Positions 11,787 to 22,104 are shown, counted from the stretch's first letter. The stretch is DNA of 64,000 bases from an uncultured beta proteobacterium (GCA_963789945.1 CAWBMN010000007.1:27178-91177), one strand, 5' to 3'. Notes: generated by a model from the sequence alone, not told the origin. Program-made: numbers and translations.

Positions 11787-12351
11787 CCGAGTTGCGCGAT
11801 TTCGCGATGGTAACCAGCGCCGGACGGATCACCCGGTCGTTCAGGTTGTAGCCCTTCTGCAGCACGCTGATCACGGTATTGGGGTCGGCATCGGCTTCCA
11901 CCACGCCTATGCCCTGATGTTTGTGGGGGTCAAACTTCTCCCCTAATGGGTTGATTTCCTTGATGGAAAACTTCTCGAACGCATTGGTCAGCTGCTTCAG
12001 CGTCAACTCCACGCCGCTTTTCAGAGCATCGGTGGAGCCGTTGCCGGATGCGAGCGCCGCCTCCAGGCTGTCGCGTACCGAAAGCAGTTCGACGGCAAAA
12101 CCTTCGAGGGCGTACTTGTGAGCGTTGGCAATGTCGGTCTGCGCGCGCCGGCGGACGTTTTCGGTCTCGGCCTTGGCGCGCAGCCAGGCATCGTGGTGTT
12201 CCTCGGCCGCCAGCTCGGCCTTCTTCAGCAACTCTTCCATGCCCGGAATGGTGTCGACTGTCCGGACCTCATTGGCCGTGTCCTCGGCCCTTACCGAGGC
12301 CGCGTCGTCGTCGTGTTGCGGCACTCCCGCCGCATTTTCCTGGTCCCGCAT
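11782..12351 (-). CDS. grpE: nucleotide exchange factor GrpE
   Basis: Start taken at ATG 12351 (MRDQEN..., 189 aa). GrpE core [15 protein letters not shown]...[14 protein letters not shown]...[16 protein letters not shown]. The longer ORF-track N-terminus is arginine-rich junk. Confidence 0.9.
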   Translation of the reverse strand: MRDQENAAGVPQHDDDAASVRAEDTANEVRTVDTIPGMEELLKKAELAAEEHHDAWLRAKAETENVRRRAQTDIANAHKYALEGFAVELLSVRDSLEAALASGNGSTDALKSGVELTLKQLTNAFEKFSIKEINPLGEKFDPHKHQGIGVVEADADPNTVISVLQKGYNLNDRVIRPALVTIAKSRNSA

Positions 12352-12380
12352 CAGCCCCTCCTGAATCCAAGTTTCCAAGA

Positions 12381-12409
12381 ATGTTGGGGTCCGGCACTGC
12401 CATTTCAAC
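12381..12409 (-). promoter_or_regulatory. sigma-32-type heat-shock promoter of grpE
   Basis: Minus-strand GTTGAAA (12409-12403), 13-nt spacer, CCCCAACAT (12389-12381). Close to consensus CTTGAAA-N13-14-CCCCATNT and about 30 nt upstream of the grpE ATG. Confidence 0.55.
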
Positions 12410-12584
12410 CCCGCCGCGGCGTCGTGCCCGGCCCGAGCACCGCCCGAATTCAGTGGATTCCGGCGCAAGGAAGTGCTTACTCTCTGGCTTCGGCGACGAG
12501 CGCGGGAAAGCGCAACGACTATACTACCGGCCGCGTCCACGCCCGGGCCGCGGGCGACATCGGAATTCCAACGGGGAGTCCTGA

Positions 12585-13160
12585 ATGAACAAGTATGTTC
12601 TGCTTGCGTATGCGACCGTGTGGTCGATTGTGGCGCCTCCGGTGTTAGCGGAACCGCTGGTGCGGGTGCACGCCACCTACTTCTACGTCGACGGTCCGTC
12701 AGCGACCGTTCTGGCAGCACAAATCGAGCAGAACGGTCCGCCCGGTGCGGATGGCAAACGCTATGCTGGAAAGACCAAGTGGGACGTGCAGTGGAAGTTC
12801 AAGCACGAACAGCATGGAGTCACTTGCGAAATGAAGGAGGTGGCGGTCGCGGTTGGCGTTGCCCAGACCCTGCCAAAGTGGCGCAGCGAGAAAAAGGGCG
12901 TGGCCGCATTGAAGACCCGCTGGCAGCAATTTACCGACGCCCTCAAACGCCACGAGGACGGCCACAAGGATCACGGTGTCGCCGCCGGCAGGGAAATTGA
13001 AGCCGCGCTGCTTGCCGCAAAGCCGGCCAGTAACTGCGAGGATCTTGCCGCGAGCGCGAACTCCGCGGCCGACGCCATCGTGAAGAGGTATCAGAAACTC
13101 GACCAGGAGTACGACCGCAAGACCGGCCACGGCCGCACCCAGGGCGCGGCGCTGCTTTAA
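12585..13160 (+). CDS. secreted DUF922-like putative zinc metalloprotease
   Basis: 191 aa. Signal peptide [22 protein letters not shown], HExxH motif (RHEDGHKDH), and a C-terminal [11 protein letters not shown] typical of the family as I recall it. Confidence 0.65.
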   Translation: MNKYVLLAYATVWSIVAPPVLAEPLVRVHATYFYVDGPSATVLAAQIEQNGPPGADGKRYAGKTKWDVQWKFKHEQHGVTCEMKEVAVAVGVAQTLPKWRSEKKGVAALKTRWQQFTDALKRHEDGHKDHGVAAGREIEAALLAAKPASNCEDLAASANSAADAIVKRYQKLDQEYDRKTGHGRTQGAALL

Positions 13161-13164
13161 TACG

Positions 13165-14268
13165 CTAGTTTTTTGCACCCATCGCAAGCGCGCGGGTGCG
13201 ACTCTCCGCGGCGGCGCGCAGTGCCGGGGCCTGATCCCAGTCGGTGGATGCCCAGCCGTGCATGTTTTCCGCCGCGATGCGGGCCAGCGCCTGAATCCAT
13301 TCGTGGCGCTCGTTCAGGCAGGGAATGCAGTGGAAATCCCCGCCCCCTGCCTTGAGGAAGGCGGCCTTGTTCTCGATGCCGATTTCCTCCAGAGTCTCCA
13401 GGCAATCGGAGACGAATCCCGGACACACCACGTCGACACGAGAGGTCTTGCGTTTGCCCAGTGTTGTGACTGAGTCGATGGTGTAAGGCTTGAGCCACTC
13501 GGTGCGGCCGAAGCGCGATTGGAAAGTCACCACATATTGCTCCGGCTTGAGCCCGAGTTCCTGAGCCAGCATCCGGGCGGTCACCTGGCACTCGCAGTGG
13601 TAAGGATCGCCGCGATCAAGCGTGAAGCGCGGCACGCCGTGAAAGCTCATCACCACTCTGTCCGGCCGGCCATTCACCATCCAGTAGTCGTTGACATTCT
13701 TGGCCAGCGCACCGATGTACGCGGGGTGGTCATGGTAGTGCTTGATCAGCCGCAGCGCCGGCGCGTTGCGCATTTTCCTGACTGCATCGAATACCGCGTC
13801 GAAGGCGCTCGCGGTGGTGCTCGCCGCATACTGCGGATACAGCGGCAGCACCAGAATCCGATCGCATCCCTGGCCGCGCAGTTCGCCGAGCGCGTTGCCG
13901 ACCGACGGTTCGCCGTAGCGCATCGCCCAGGCGATCGCGTGCGGGGTTTTCACGCGCTCGCCGAGATAGCCCTTCAACAGCATCGCCTGTTTTTCAGTGT
14001 GGATCCTCAGCGGGGAGCCGTCCCGGGTCCAGATCTTTGCGTACTTCGCAGCCGACCTTTTCGGTCGCGTGTTGAGGATGATGCCGTTGAGGATCGGCCA
14101 CCAGACCAGCCTCGGTATTTCGACTACGCGCGGATCGGACAGGAATTGCTTGAGGTACCGCTTCACCGCCCCGGCCGTTGGTGTCGCGGGTGTCCCGAGG
14201 TTGATCAACAGAATTCCGGTCCTGGCGATCGTGCCGTGCTGGAACCCGGGTTCGGGAAGAAAGGACAT
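13165..14268 (-). CDS. hemH: ferrochelatase
   Basis: 367 aa. [10 protein letters not shown]...[13 protein letters not shown]...LPLYPQY...SFHG.P are typical HemH blocks. Confidence 0.95.
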   Translation of the reverse strand: MSFLPEPGFQHGTIARTGILLINLGTPATPTAGAVKRYLKQFLSDPRVVEIPRLVWWPILNGIILNTRPKRSAAKYAKIWTRDGSPLRIHTEKQAMLLKGYLGERVKTPHAIAWAMRYGEPSVGNALGELRGQGCDRILVLPLYPQYAASTTASAFDAVFDAVRKMRNAPALRLIKHYHDHPAYIGALAKNVNDYWMVNGRPDRVVMSFHGVPRFTLDRGDPYHCECQVTARMLAQELGLKPEQYVVTFQSRFGRTEWLKPYTIDSVTTLGKRKTSRVDVVCPGFVSDCLETLEEIGIENKAAFLKAGGGDFHCIPCLNERHEWIQALARIAAENMHGWASTDWDQAPALRAAAESRTRALAMGAKN

Positions 14269-14269
14269 A

Positions 14270-14380
14270 GGGTTGAGGGGTGCGGGGGCGAGGGGTGAGG
14301 GGTGAGGCGAGAGGCGTCAGGTTGCGCGAGTACCGCGCGTAATGCCCCAAAGTTTTAGCTCGGGCATCCTGCCTCTACCA
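14270..14380. repeat. IR3: G-rich heptad tract (G-quadruplex motif on the + strand) with a weak complementary arm, between hrcA and hemH
   Basis: GGTTGAG GGGTGCG GGGGCGA GGGGTGA GGGGTGA GGCGAGA GGCGTCA (14271-14319). G-runs at 14277-80, 14284-88, 14292-95 and 14299-302. Partial partner CATCCTGCCTCTACC at 14365-14379. Confidence 0.6.
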
Positions 14381-14383
14381 AAT

Positions 14384-15421
14384 TCAATGCTGTGAGAGCG
14401 CGCTCGAAAGCAGCTTGGCGGTGATGTCCACGATCGGGATCACGCGTTCGTAGGCCATGCGGGTGGGGCCGACCACACCCACCGTGCCGACCACCTGGCC
14501 GTCCACTTCGTAAGGCGCAGTCACCACGCTGCACTCGTCCAGAGGCACCAGGCCGGACTCGCCGCCGATGAAAATCTGCACGCCTTGCGCGCGGCTGCTG
14601 ATATCAAGGAGCTGCAACAGGCTGGTCTTCTGCTCGAACATGTCGAACAACCTCCTCAGGCTCGCCATGTTCGACGACAGATCCTGCACGTGCAGCAGGT
14701 TGTGCTCCCCGGAAAGCACGTAGTCCTCCGAGTTGTGGCTCATCACCTCGGTGCCGGCCTCGAGCGCCTGGGTCATGAGCCGCGTCATGTCCTCGCGCAG
14801 CTTGCGCAGTTCATCCTGGACGCGCACCTTGATCTCGTCGAAGGTCAGACCGGAGAAGTTCTGGTTAAGGAAATTGGCGCCTTCGACAAGTTCCGAGGGC
14901 TCGTACGCGCGATCGGTGAGGATGATGCGGTTCTGCACATCCCCGTCAGGGGCGACGATGATCAGCAGGATGCGCCTTTCCGACAGGCGCAGAAATTCGA
15001 TGTGGCGGAATGCAGCGCTCCTGCGCTTGGGCGTCATCACCACACCGGCGAAACGGGTGAGATCGGACAGCAGGTGCGAGGCCTGCAACACCAGTTTCTG
15101 CGTGTTGTCGGGTTGCAACTGGCCCTCGAGCTGATTGATCTCCATCTGGTCGAGCGGCCTGACCTTGAGCAGTGTGTCGACGAAGAAGCGGTAGCCACGC
15201 GGCGTCGGTATGCGGCCGGCCGAAGTGTGCGGGCTGGAGATGAATCCCAGTTCTTCGAGGTCCGCCATGATGTTGCGGATACTCGCCGGGCTCAGTTCGA
15301 GTCCGGAATACCTGGCGAGCGCTCGCGAACCGACCGGCTGCCCTTCGGCAATGTAGCGCTCCACCAGCATTTTCAGCAGGATCTGCGCGCGTTCGCTCGG
15401 CACGGAATCGTTCGTCGCCAT
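14384..15421 (-). CDS. hrcA: heat-inducible transcription repressor HrcA
   Basis: 345 aa. N-terminal winged HTH ([26 protein letters not shown]...[17 protein letters not shown]) and an HrcA C-terminal domain. Confidence 0.95.
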   Translation of the reverse strand: MATNDSVPSERAQILLKMLVERYIAEGQPVGSRALARYSGLELSPASIRNIMADLEELGFISSPHTSAGRIPTPRGYRFFVDTLLKVRPLDQMEINQLEGQLQPDNTQKLVLQASHLLSDLTRFAGVVMTPKRRSAAFRHIEFLRLSERRILLIIVAPDGDVQNRIILTDRAYEPSELVEGANFLNQNFSGLTFDEIKVRVQDELRKLREDMTRLMTQALEAGTEVMSHNSEDYVLSGEHNLLHVQDLSSNMASLRRLFDMFEQKTSLLQLLDISSRAQGVQIFIGGESGLVPLDECSVVTAPYEVDGQVVGTVGVVGPTRMAYERVIPIVDITAKLLSSALSQH

Positions 15422-15518
15422 GTGGCTATTCTACAAAGCTTTTCGGCATCGAAGCAGCTTTCGTTGGGTGTTCCTGCGGAACCGGCGGTTCGGAGGGAAA
15501 TGTGCTTTAATTCCGGGC

Positions 15519-16391
15519 ATGTCGAGCGCATTCAAGACCATCGCACTGATCGGCAAGTACAAGAGCCCCGAGATCGCCGAGCCGCTTCTGCGGCTGGCGG
15601 ATTTCCTCAAGGGACGCGGCGTCAGGATCGTGCTCGATCCGCTGACGGCCGCGCACATCGGCAAGAACAATCACGCCGTGCTGCCGCTCGACGATGTCGG
15701 CCGGTCCGCCGAACTGGCCATCGTCATCGGCGGCGACGGCACCATGCTCAACATCGCGCGCACTTTCGCGCCTTACAACGTGGCGCTTGTGGGGATCAAC
15801 CAGGGGCGGCTCGGGTTTCTCACCGATCTGTCGATGGACACCATGTTCGAGACCATCGGCTCCATCCTCGATGGCAGCTTCATCACCGAATCGCGCATGT
15901 TGCTGCAGGCTGCGGTGTTGCGCGGCGAGCGCCAGGTGTTGGACGTGCTGGCATTCAATGACGTGTCGGTGAACAAGGGCGCGGAGGGCAGCCTGATCGA
16001 GATCGAAGTGCACATCGACGGACAATTTGTCTACAACCTGCGCTCGGACGGGCTGATCGTTGCCTCCCCCACCGGCTCGACCGCGTACGCGCTTTCTTCC
16101 GGCGGCCCGATTCTGCATCCCAGCCTGAACGTCATTGGCCTGGTCCCGGTCTGTCCGCACACGCTTTCGAACCGCCCGATCGTGGTGAGCAGCGAGTCGG
16201 TGATCGAAATCCTGATTCACAAGGCGGCGGACGCGCGCGCGCATTTCGACAGCCATTCGCACCACGAACTCCAGGAACGCGACAAGGTCATCGTGCGCCG
16301 ATGTCCGCACGCGATCCGCCTGCTCCATCCGCTGGGCCACAACTACTATCACATGCTCCGGGAAAAGCTCCATTGGAGCGAAACCCTGTAA
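15519..16391 (+). CDS. nadK: NAD(+) kinase
   Basis: Start taken at ATG 15519 (MSSAFKTIALIGKY, 290 aa). GGDGT motif (VIGGDGTMLN) and SPTGSTAYALSSGGPI. Confidence 0.9.
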   Translation: MSSAFKTIALIGKYKSPEIAEPLLRLADFLKGRGVRIVLDPLTAAHIGKNNHAVLPLDDVGRSAELAIVIGGDGTMLNIARTFAPYNVALVGINQGRLGFLTDLSMDTMFETIGSILDGSFITESRMLLQAAVLRGERQVLDVLAFNDVSVNKGAEGSLIEIEVHIDGQFVYNLRSDGLIVASPTGSTAYALSSGGPILHPSLNVIGLVPVCPHTLSNRPIVVSSESVIEILIHKAADARAHFDSHSHHELQERDKVIVRRCPHAIRLLHPLGHNYYHMLREKLHWSETL

Positions 16392-16401
16392 CGACGATCA
16401 G
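16386..16401 (+). promoter_or_regulatory. possible LexA (SOS) box upstream of recN
   Basis: CTGTAACGACGATCAG is CTGT-N8-TCAG, one mismatch from CTGT-N8-ACAG. It lies 27 nt upstream of the recN ATG and overlaps the nadK stop. Confidence 0.25.
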
Positions 16402-16427
16402 TCATCGCCGCCGGTTTTTCAGCAGCC

Positions 16428-18092
16428 ATGTTGCGCAGCCTCAGCATCCGCGACTTCGTAATCGTCGACAAGCTCGACCTCGAATTTCAGCCCGGCTTCA
16501 CCGTGCTGACCGGGGAAACCGGTGCCGGCAAGTCCATCCTGATCGACGCGCTGGCCGCGGTGCTGGGCAGCCGCGCCGAATCCGGGCAGGTCCGTGAAGG
16601 AAAAGACAAGACCGAAGTGAGCGCGGAATTCTCGATCGAGGAGGCGCCCACCGTTTCGGATTATCTGGCCGAAAATGATCTCGCCGGCGATGACGGCACG
16701 TGCCTGCTGCGCCGGGTGATCGAGTCTTCGGGCCGCTCGCGCGCGTACGTCAACGGCCGTCCGGCGACGGTGCTGCAGCTTAAGGAGATCGGCGAACTCC
16801 TGGTGGACATCCACGGCCAGCATGCTCATCAGTCGCTGCTGCGCGCGGGCGCGCAGCGCGACCTGCTGGACGGCTACGCCGGCGCCGCCGATCGGGCGCG
16901 CGAAGTTGCGGCGGCATTCCGCGCTTGGCAGGACATCCGGAGCCAGCGGCTGGCGCTGGATAGCGGTGCGCAAGCGCTGGAAGCCGAGCGCGAGCAACTG
17001 CAGTGGCAGGTGAAGGAACTTGATGCGCTCGGGTTCCGCGCCGAGGAATGGGAGGAACTGCAGGCGGAACACAAACGCCTCGCCCATGCCGCCAGCCTGA
17101 TCGAAGCGGTGCAGTTCAGTCTGGAGGTGCTGTCCGAAGGCGAGATGTCCACGCTTGCCGCAGTCGCTTCGGTGAATTCGCGCCTCGAGGGCATGACCGA
17201 TTTCGACCCGCAGTTGAAGGAAATTCTCTCTGCGCTCGAGCCGGCGCAGATCCAGTTGCAGGAGGCCGTCTACAGCCTGCGCCATTATCAGAGCCGCCTG
17301 GACCTGGACCCGCAGCGGCTGCGCGAGGTGGACGCCCGGCTCGACGCCGTGCACACGGCGTCGCGCAAATTCAGGGTAAGTCCGCCGGAGATGCCGGAAC
17401 ATCTGGCGAAAATGAAGGCGCGGCTCGCCGAACTGGAGGCCGGGTTCGACCCGGAAGCGCTGCGCCAGCGCGAGAGCGAGGCGCAAGCGCACTGGCAGGA
17501 ATGCGCGAAGAAGCTCTCTGCAGCACGCAAGAAATCCGCGGCGGATTTTACCAGGAGAGTTACCGCCTCGATGCAGGCGCTGGCGATGGGTGGCGGCGCA
17601 TTCGAGATTGCTCTGCATCCCCTGAGCGAAGCTACTGCACATGGCATGGAGCAGATCGAATTTCTGGTTGCCGGCCACGCCGGCGCTACGCCGCTGGCGC
17701 TGGCGAAGGTGGCCTCCGGTGGCGAACTCTCGCGCATAAGCCTGGCGATCCAGACCGTGACCAGCCAGGTGGCCGCCGTGCCGACGCTGATTTTCGACGA
17801 AGTGGATGCCGGCATCGGCGGGCGCGTCGCCGAAATCGTCGGCCGGATGCTCAGGGAACTCGGCAGCCGTCATCAGGTGATGTGCGTCACCCACCTGCCG
17901 CAAGTGGCCGCGGCCGCAAACCAGCAATGGCAAGTGAGCAAATCGGCGGCCAATGGCAAAGTGGCGAGCCAGGTGGCAGTGCTGGATCGTGCCTCCCGGG
18001 TCGAGGAAATTGCGCGCATGCTCGGCGGCGTGAAGATCACCGAAACCACGCGCAAGCACGCCGCGGAATTGCTCGGGTCCGGCGCGCGCTAG
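16428..18092 (+). CDS. recN: DNA repair protein RecN (SMC-like ATPase)
   Basis: 554 aa. Walker A GETGAGKS, long coiled-coil middle, signature SGGELSRISLAI and Walker B LIFDEVDAGIGG. Confidence 0.95.
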   Translation: MLRSLSIRDFVIVDKLDLEFQPGFTVLTGETGAGKSILIDALAAVLGSRAESGQVREGKDKTEVSAEFSIEEAPTVSDYLAENDLAGDDGTCLLRRVIESSGRSRAYVNGRPATVLQLKEIGELLVDIHGQHAHQSLLRAGAQRDLLDGYAGAADRAREVAAAFRAWQDIRSQRLALDSGAQALEAEREQLQWQVKELDALGFRAEEWEELQAEHKRLAHAASLIEAVQFSLEVLSEGEMSTLAAVASVNSRLEGMTDFDPQLKEILSALEPAQIQLQEAVYSLRHYQSRLDLDPQRLREVDARLDAVHTASRKFRVSPPEMPEHLAKMKARLAELEAGFDPEALRQRESEAQAHWQECAKKLSAARKKSAADFTRRVTASMQALAMGGGAFEIALHPLSEATAHGMEQIEFLVAGHAGATPLALAKVASGGELSRISLAIQTVTSQVAAVPTLIFDEVDAGIGGRVAEIVGRMLRELGSRHQVMCVTHLPQVAAAANQQWQVSKSAANGKVASQVAVLDRASRVEEIARMLGGVKITETTRKHAAELLGSGAR

Positions 18093-18103
18093 CGCGATCT
18101 GGA

Positions 18104-18856
18104 ATGGCCGCCGTGGAAGACACACTGGTTGTGCAGGCCGCCGACGCGGTCGAAGTCGGGTTGCCGGTTGCCGGCATAGGCAGCCGCAGCTACGCCTTCC
18201 TGATCGACTGGCACATCCGCTTACTTCTGGCGTTGGCCTGGCTGCTGCTGATCGCGGTGCTGCTTGGTCTATTGTCGCCGGCGGAGGAATTCTTCCGGCC
18301 TTTGCTGAATGCCGGCAAGCTGACCGTGTACGTGGCGTTGTTGCCGGCGGCGGCGATTTATTTTCTCTACCACCCCGTGCTCGAGATCGCGATGCAGGGC
18401 CGCACGCCGGGAAAGCGCATGGCGGGGATACGCATCGTCACCGAGCGCGCGCTGACTCCCGACGCCGGCGCGCTGATCATCCGCAACGTCTTCAGGCTGG
18501 TGGATTCGCTGCCGGCGTTCTATGTGCTCGGGCTGGTGGTGGCGATGTTAACCCCGCGCCAGGTGCGCATTGGCGACATTGCCGCCGGTACGCTGCTGGT
18601 TTACGACAGCGGCAAGGGCAAGCTCGATTTCGACGGTGTGATCGGCTCATCCACCTCACGGCTCTCGCCCGGCGATCGGGAGCTGCTGGACGATCTGCTC
18701 GAGCGCTGGCGCGGGCTCGAAGCGCCATTGCGCCGTGGCCTCGCGGAAAAATTCCTGGCGCGCATCGGCGAACCGGTGGCGGGCAACGATAGCGAGGCCG
18801 GGCTGCGCAAGCGCCTGCGCAAGCTCAGGGATGAGTCCCGTGGCAAACCGGCCTGA
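18104..18856 (+). CDS. RDD-family membrane protein
   Basis: Start at ATG 18104, 250 aa. YAFLIDWHIRLLL...GRTPGKRMAGIRIV...RNVFRLVD with about 3 TM segments. The ORF-track entry 17048..18856 fuses it to an out-of-frame read through recN. Confidence 0.75.
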   Translation: MAAVEDTLVVQAADAVEVGLPVAGIGSRSYAFLIDWHIRLLLALAWLLLIAVLLGLLSPAEEFFRPLLNAGKLTVYVALLPAAAIYFLYHPVLEIAMQGRTPGKRMAGIRIVTERALTPDAGALIIRNVFRLVDSLPAFYVLGLVVAMLTPRQVRIGDIAAGTLLVYDSGKGKLDFDGVIGSSTSRLSPGDRELLDDLLERWRGLEAPLRRGLAEKFLARIGEPVAGNDSEAGLRKRLRKLRDESRGKPA

Positions 18857-19838
18857 GGCCGCGCTCGCGGCCTGGCTCCAGGGACGCGCCGCGCAATGGC
18901 AGCGTCTGAGCCGGGCGCTCGCCGAGGTCAGCGCGCGCCGGCAGGCGGATTTGCCGCAATTGAAGGAACTGGTGAGCGGCTACCGCGCGCTCGCGCGCGA
19001 CGTGTCGCTGGTACGGGCTGCGGCGCCCGACGCCAGGCTGGTGGATCGGCTGGAAGCGCTGCTTACGCAGGCGCGCGAGGTGATCCACCGCAGACCGGGC
19101 AACGTTCGCGATGCCCTGACCGGTTTGTTTCGCGACGGCGCGGCGCGGGTGGCCTTCGAGTTGCGCGGGCGCATCGCCGCGGTCACGGCTCTTTTTCTCG
19201 CCAGTGCCGCGGCCGGCTGGTGGCTGGTGCACCGTTACCCGGAGCTGGCGGCGCTGTTCGCTTCCGAGCAGATGATCAACGGCGTGCAGCGCGGCGAACT
19301 CTGGACTGACGGATTGATCAACATTGTGCCCTCGGCGCTGCTGTCGCTGGGGATCATGAGCAACAACATCGTGGTTACGCTGTTCGCGTTTACGCTGGGT
19401 GCCCTGTACGGACTTGGCACGCTGTATATCGTCGGCATGAACGGGCTGATGCTGGGCGGGGTGTTTGCGCTGACGGCGCAGCACGGCCTGGCGGGCCGGC
19501 TTGCAGAGTTCGTGGTCGCGCACGGCATGGTCGAGATCTCTGTAATCCTGCTCGCCGCGGCGGTCGGAGTCGAGCTCGGAGAAGCCCTGGCGCGTCCGGG
19601 CAACCGCAGCCGGGCGCACGCGTTTCGCGAGGCTGTGCGCCGCGCCGGACAGTTGCTGCCGGTGTGCGTGGTCTTCCTGGTCGGCGCAGGACTGATCGAA
19701 GGATACGTTTCGCCCGATCCGCATTTCGCCATGGCGCAGCGCATTGCCATCGGTGTGGCCTATTGGCTGCTCCTGGTGCTGGTGCTCAGCGGCAGGCTGC
19801 GGCGGCGGCCACCCCGCCGCTCAGACCTGATGCTGTGA
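18831..19838 (+). CDS. SpoIIM/DUF95-like polytopic membrane protein
   Basis: Start taken at ATG 18831, overlapping the RDD gene by 26 nt. Hallmark IMSNNIVVTLFAFTLGALYGLGTLYIVGMNGLMLGG plus HGMVEISVILLAAA. Confidence 0.7.
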   Translation: MSPVANRPEAALAAWLQGRAAQWQRLSRALAEVSARRQADLPQLKELVSGYRALARDVSLVRAAAPDARLVDRLEALLTQAREVIHRRPGNVRDALTGLFRDGAARVAFELRGRIAAVTALFLASAAAGWWLVHRYPELAALFASEQMINGVQRGELWTDGLINIVPSALLSLGIMSNNIVVTLFAFTLGALYGLGTLYIVGMNGLMLGGVFALTAQHGLAGRLAEFVVAHGMVEISVILLAAAVGVELGEALARPGNRSRAHAFREAVRRAGQLLPVCVVFLVGAGLIEGYVSPDPHFAMAQRIAIGVAYWLLLVLVLSGRLRRRPPRRSDLML

Positions 19839-21116
19839 GCGCAGGGATTCGTAGGACCGCAGCACCGCGCGATCGAGCTGGGCCGGCACGGTTGTGACCG
19901 CTTGTGCGCCGCTGCGGCGCAGCCGCAGCGTCATGCCGCGCACCGACTGCAGCATTTCCGCGGCGGCAAACGCCTGGTAAGGATGGAGCCAGTGGCTGGA
20001 TTGCCGGTGGTGCAGCGACAGCGTGTCCTCATCCAGCGTGCCCGCGATCAGAGGCAGATGCTTGGGCGCCAGCAACTGCACGGCGCGCAACAACTGGGCG
20101 GGATCCTGGCTTTCGTCCACATCCGTGAGCAGCACCACCAGGCTGCGCTGATGCAGCAGGCGGCGCGCCAGCAGCGCGGCCGCCAGCGGGTTGGATTCGG
20201 AACCGACCGGGCGCGCCTGCTCGAGAATGCGGCGCACCCCGAGCAGCGCCGCTGCCCCATGTCCCGGCGGCAGCGCCGCCAGCGGACGCTCGGCAAACAC
20301 GATGATTCCGACGTGATCGCCGTTCAGGATCGCTCTTTCCGCCAGCCTGGCGGCAACGTTCACGTAGTGGTGCAGCCGGCTCAGCGTCCCGGCCTGAAGG
20401 TTCGAAGTCCTGCCTGCATCCAGCAGAACTAGCAGTTCCAGGTTGCGCTCCTCGCTGTGCAGGCGCACGGTATAACGCTGGCTGCGCGCGGTGGCTTTCC
20501 AGTCGATCGCCCGCATCGGATCGCCGGGCCGATAGTCACGCAATCCGATCAGTTCGAAGCCGGCGCCCGCGCTGCGTTGCGCCCGCTCGCCCTGGGGACG
20601 GGTGCCGGGCCCGCGCTCAGCACCGCGCAGCCGCGCCGGCACGACTTTCAGACGGTGCGCGATGTCGAACTTGCGGGACCACCACGCCAGTCCGAACATG
20701 CCGCGCGTGCGGGTGTAGACCGGCTGCCAGTCGAGCGTGCCCAGTTTCTGCGCCGTGAACGCAGAAGAATGCACTACGTCGCCGTGCGCCGGCACCGTGT
20801 AAGCGGCAATCGAGTCGCCGCCGCTCAGGCCGTTGGCAAAGACCTGTTGCAGTTCGACCCTGAGCGGCCGTTCGCCGTCGTTGCCGAGAACCAGGTCCGC
20901 AGTGGCCGGCTGGCCAAGCAAGACGCGCTCGGGAATGCCTGGCGAGATGCGGAGTCCGCGCCGCCGCGCGGCAATGCCTTCCAGCAGCAGCCCGATCAGC
21001 AGGCTCGCTGCCGGCACGCGCCACAAGTCTGGCCAGGGATCGTCCTGCCACTGGCCGACGATTCCGAGCAGCGTCACCGCCGCCGCGACCACATAAGACC
21101 GTGCGGTCAGGTTCAT
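19821..21116 (-). CDS. DUF58 (vWA-like) protein, membrane-anchored, MoxR partner
   Basis: 431 aa with two N-terminal TM segments. DUF58 core LRDYRPGDPMRAIDWKATARSQRYTVRLHSEE...LLVLLDAGR. The 3' end overlaps the convergent SpoIIM-like gene by 18 nt. Confidence 0.8.
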   Translation of the reverse strand: MNLTARSYVVAAAVTLLGIVGQWQDDPWPDLWRVPAASLLIGLLLEGIAARRRGLRISPGIPERVLLGQPATADLVLGNDGERPLRVELQQVFANGLSGGDSIAAYTVPAHGDVVHSSAFTAQKLGTLDWQPVYTRTRGMFGLAWWSRKFDIAHRLKVVPARLRGAERGPGTRPQGERAQRSAGAGFELIGLRDYRPGDPMRAIDWKATARSQRYTVRLHSEERNLELLVLLDAGRTSNLQAGTLSRLHHYVNVAARLAERAILNGDHVGIIVFAERPLAALPPGHGAAALLGVRRILEQARPVGSESNPLAAALLARRLLHQRSLVVLLTDVDESQDPAQLLRAVQLLAPKHLPLIAGTLDEDTLSLHHRQSSHWLHPYQAFAAAEMLQSVRGMTLRLRRSGAQAVTTVPAQLDRAVLRSYESLRSQHQV

Positions 21117-21153
21117 CCCGGAGAGCCAGATCCGGATGAAGGTGTGCGGCGTC

Positions 21154-22104
21154 TCACTCGCGCGGTACCTTGACGCTGTCGAGGATGCTTTGTGCGACCT
21201 GAAGGTCGCCGACCCCTTCGAGCGCAGCGTCCGGGGTCAGCATCAGGCGGTGCGGCAGAACGAAGCGGGCCATGGCCTTGACGTCGTCGGGCGCGACGAA
21301 TTCCGCGTCGCGCAGTGCCGCCGCAATGCGGGCGCAACGCATCAGCGCCAGCGCACCGCGGGTGGACAGGCCCAGGTTGATCTGGGAGTGGTTGCGGCTG
21401 GCGGCGGCGATGTCGGTGACGTAGCCGTAGATCGCCTCGGACACATGCACTTTTGCGACTTGCGCGCGCGCCAGAGCCAGGGCATCGCCGGCGAGCGGGG
21501 TGATCGGCGCAGTCGCGTTGAAGTGCCCGCCGCGCAGGTCGTAGGTGCGCAGCACCTTGTGCTCCATCGCCGCCGCCGGATAGTCCACGTCTAGCCGCAT
21601 CAGGAAGCGGTCGAGCTGCGACTCGGGAAGCGGAAAGGTGCCCTCGAAATCGCGCGGGTTCTGGGTCGCGATGACCAGGAAGTCCTGCGGCAGGCTGTAG
21701 GTCTTGCGGTCGATGGTGACCTGGAACTCCTCCATTGCCTGAAGCAGTGCCGACTGGGTCTTCGGCCCGGAGCGGTTGATCTCGTCGACCAGCACGATGC
21801 TGGCGAACAGCGGTCCCGGGACGAACTCGAACTTTTTCTCCTCGCGGCTGAAGATGTGGATGCCGGTGATGTCCGAGGGCATCAGGTCGGCGGTGCATTG
21901 CACGCGGTTGAAGCTGCCGCCGAGCGCCGCTGCGACCGATTTCGCCAGCAGGGTCTTGCCGATGCCGGGCACGCCCTGCAGCAACACGTGGCCGCCGGCG
22001 ATCAGCCCGATGCACAGTCCGTGTATGACCTGGTCCATGCCGAACACCACGGTTTCCAGTTGAGTGCGCAGTTGCTGTTCGAGGCTGGAAGCGGGATTGC
22101 TCAT
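21154..22104 (-). CDS. MoxR-family AAA+ ATPase
   Basis: 316 aa. Walker A LLQGVPGIGKT, Walker B VLVDEINR, and ATQNP...G.F.LPE.QLDRF typical of MoxR/AAA_3. Confidence 0.9.
   Translation of the reverse strand: MSNPASSLEQQLRTQLETVVFGMDQVIHGLCIGLIAGGHVLLQGVPGIGKTLLAKSVAAALGGSFNRVQCTADLMPSDITGIHIFSREEKKFEFVPGPLFASIVLVDEINRSGPKTQSALLQAMEEFQVTIDRKTYSLPQDFLVIATQNPRDFEGTFPLPESQLDRFLMRLDVDYPAAAMEHKVLRTYDLRGGHFNATAPITPLAGDALALARAQVAKVHVSEAIYGYVTDIAAASRNHSQINLGLSTRGALALMRCARIAAALRDAEFVAPDDVKAMARFVLPHRLMLTPDAALEGVGDLQVAQSILDSVKVPRE

Noticed and set aside
15422-15460. A possible leaderless hrcA mRNA: a TAGAAT -10-like hexamer (15433-15428, minus strand) ends 6 nt before the ATG, and there is no Shine-Dalgarno sequence.
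   Set aside because: I found no convincing -35 or extended -10 at any spacing from 16 to 18 nt. A single hexamer match is not enough to support a promoter call.
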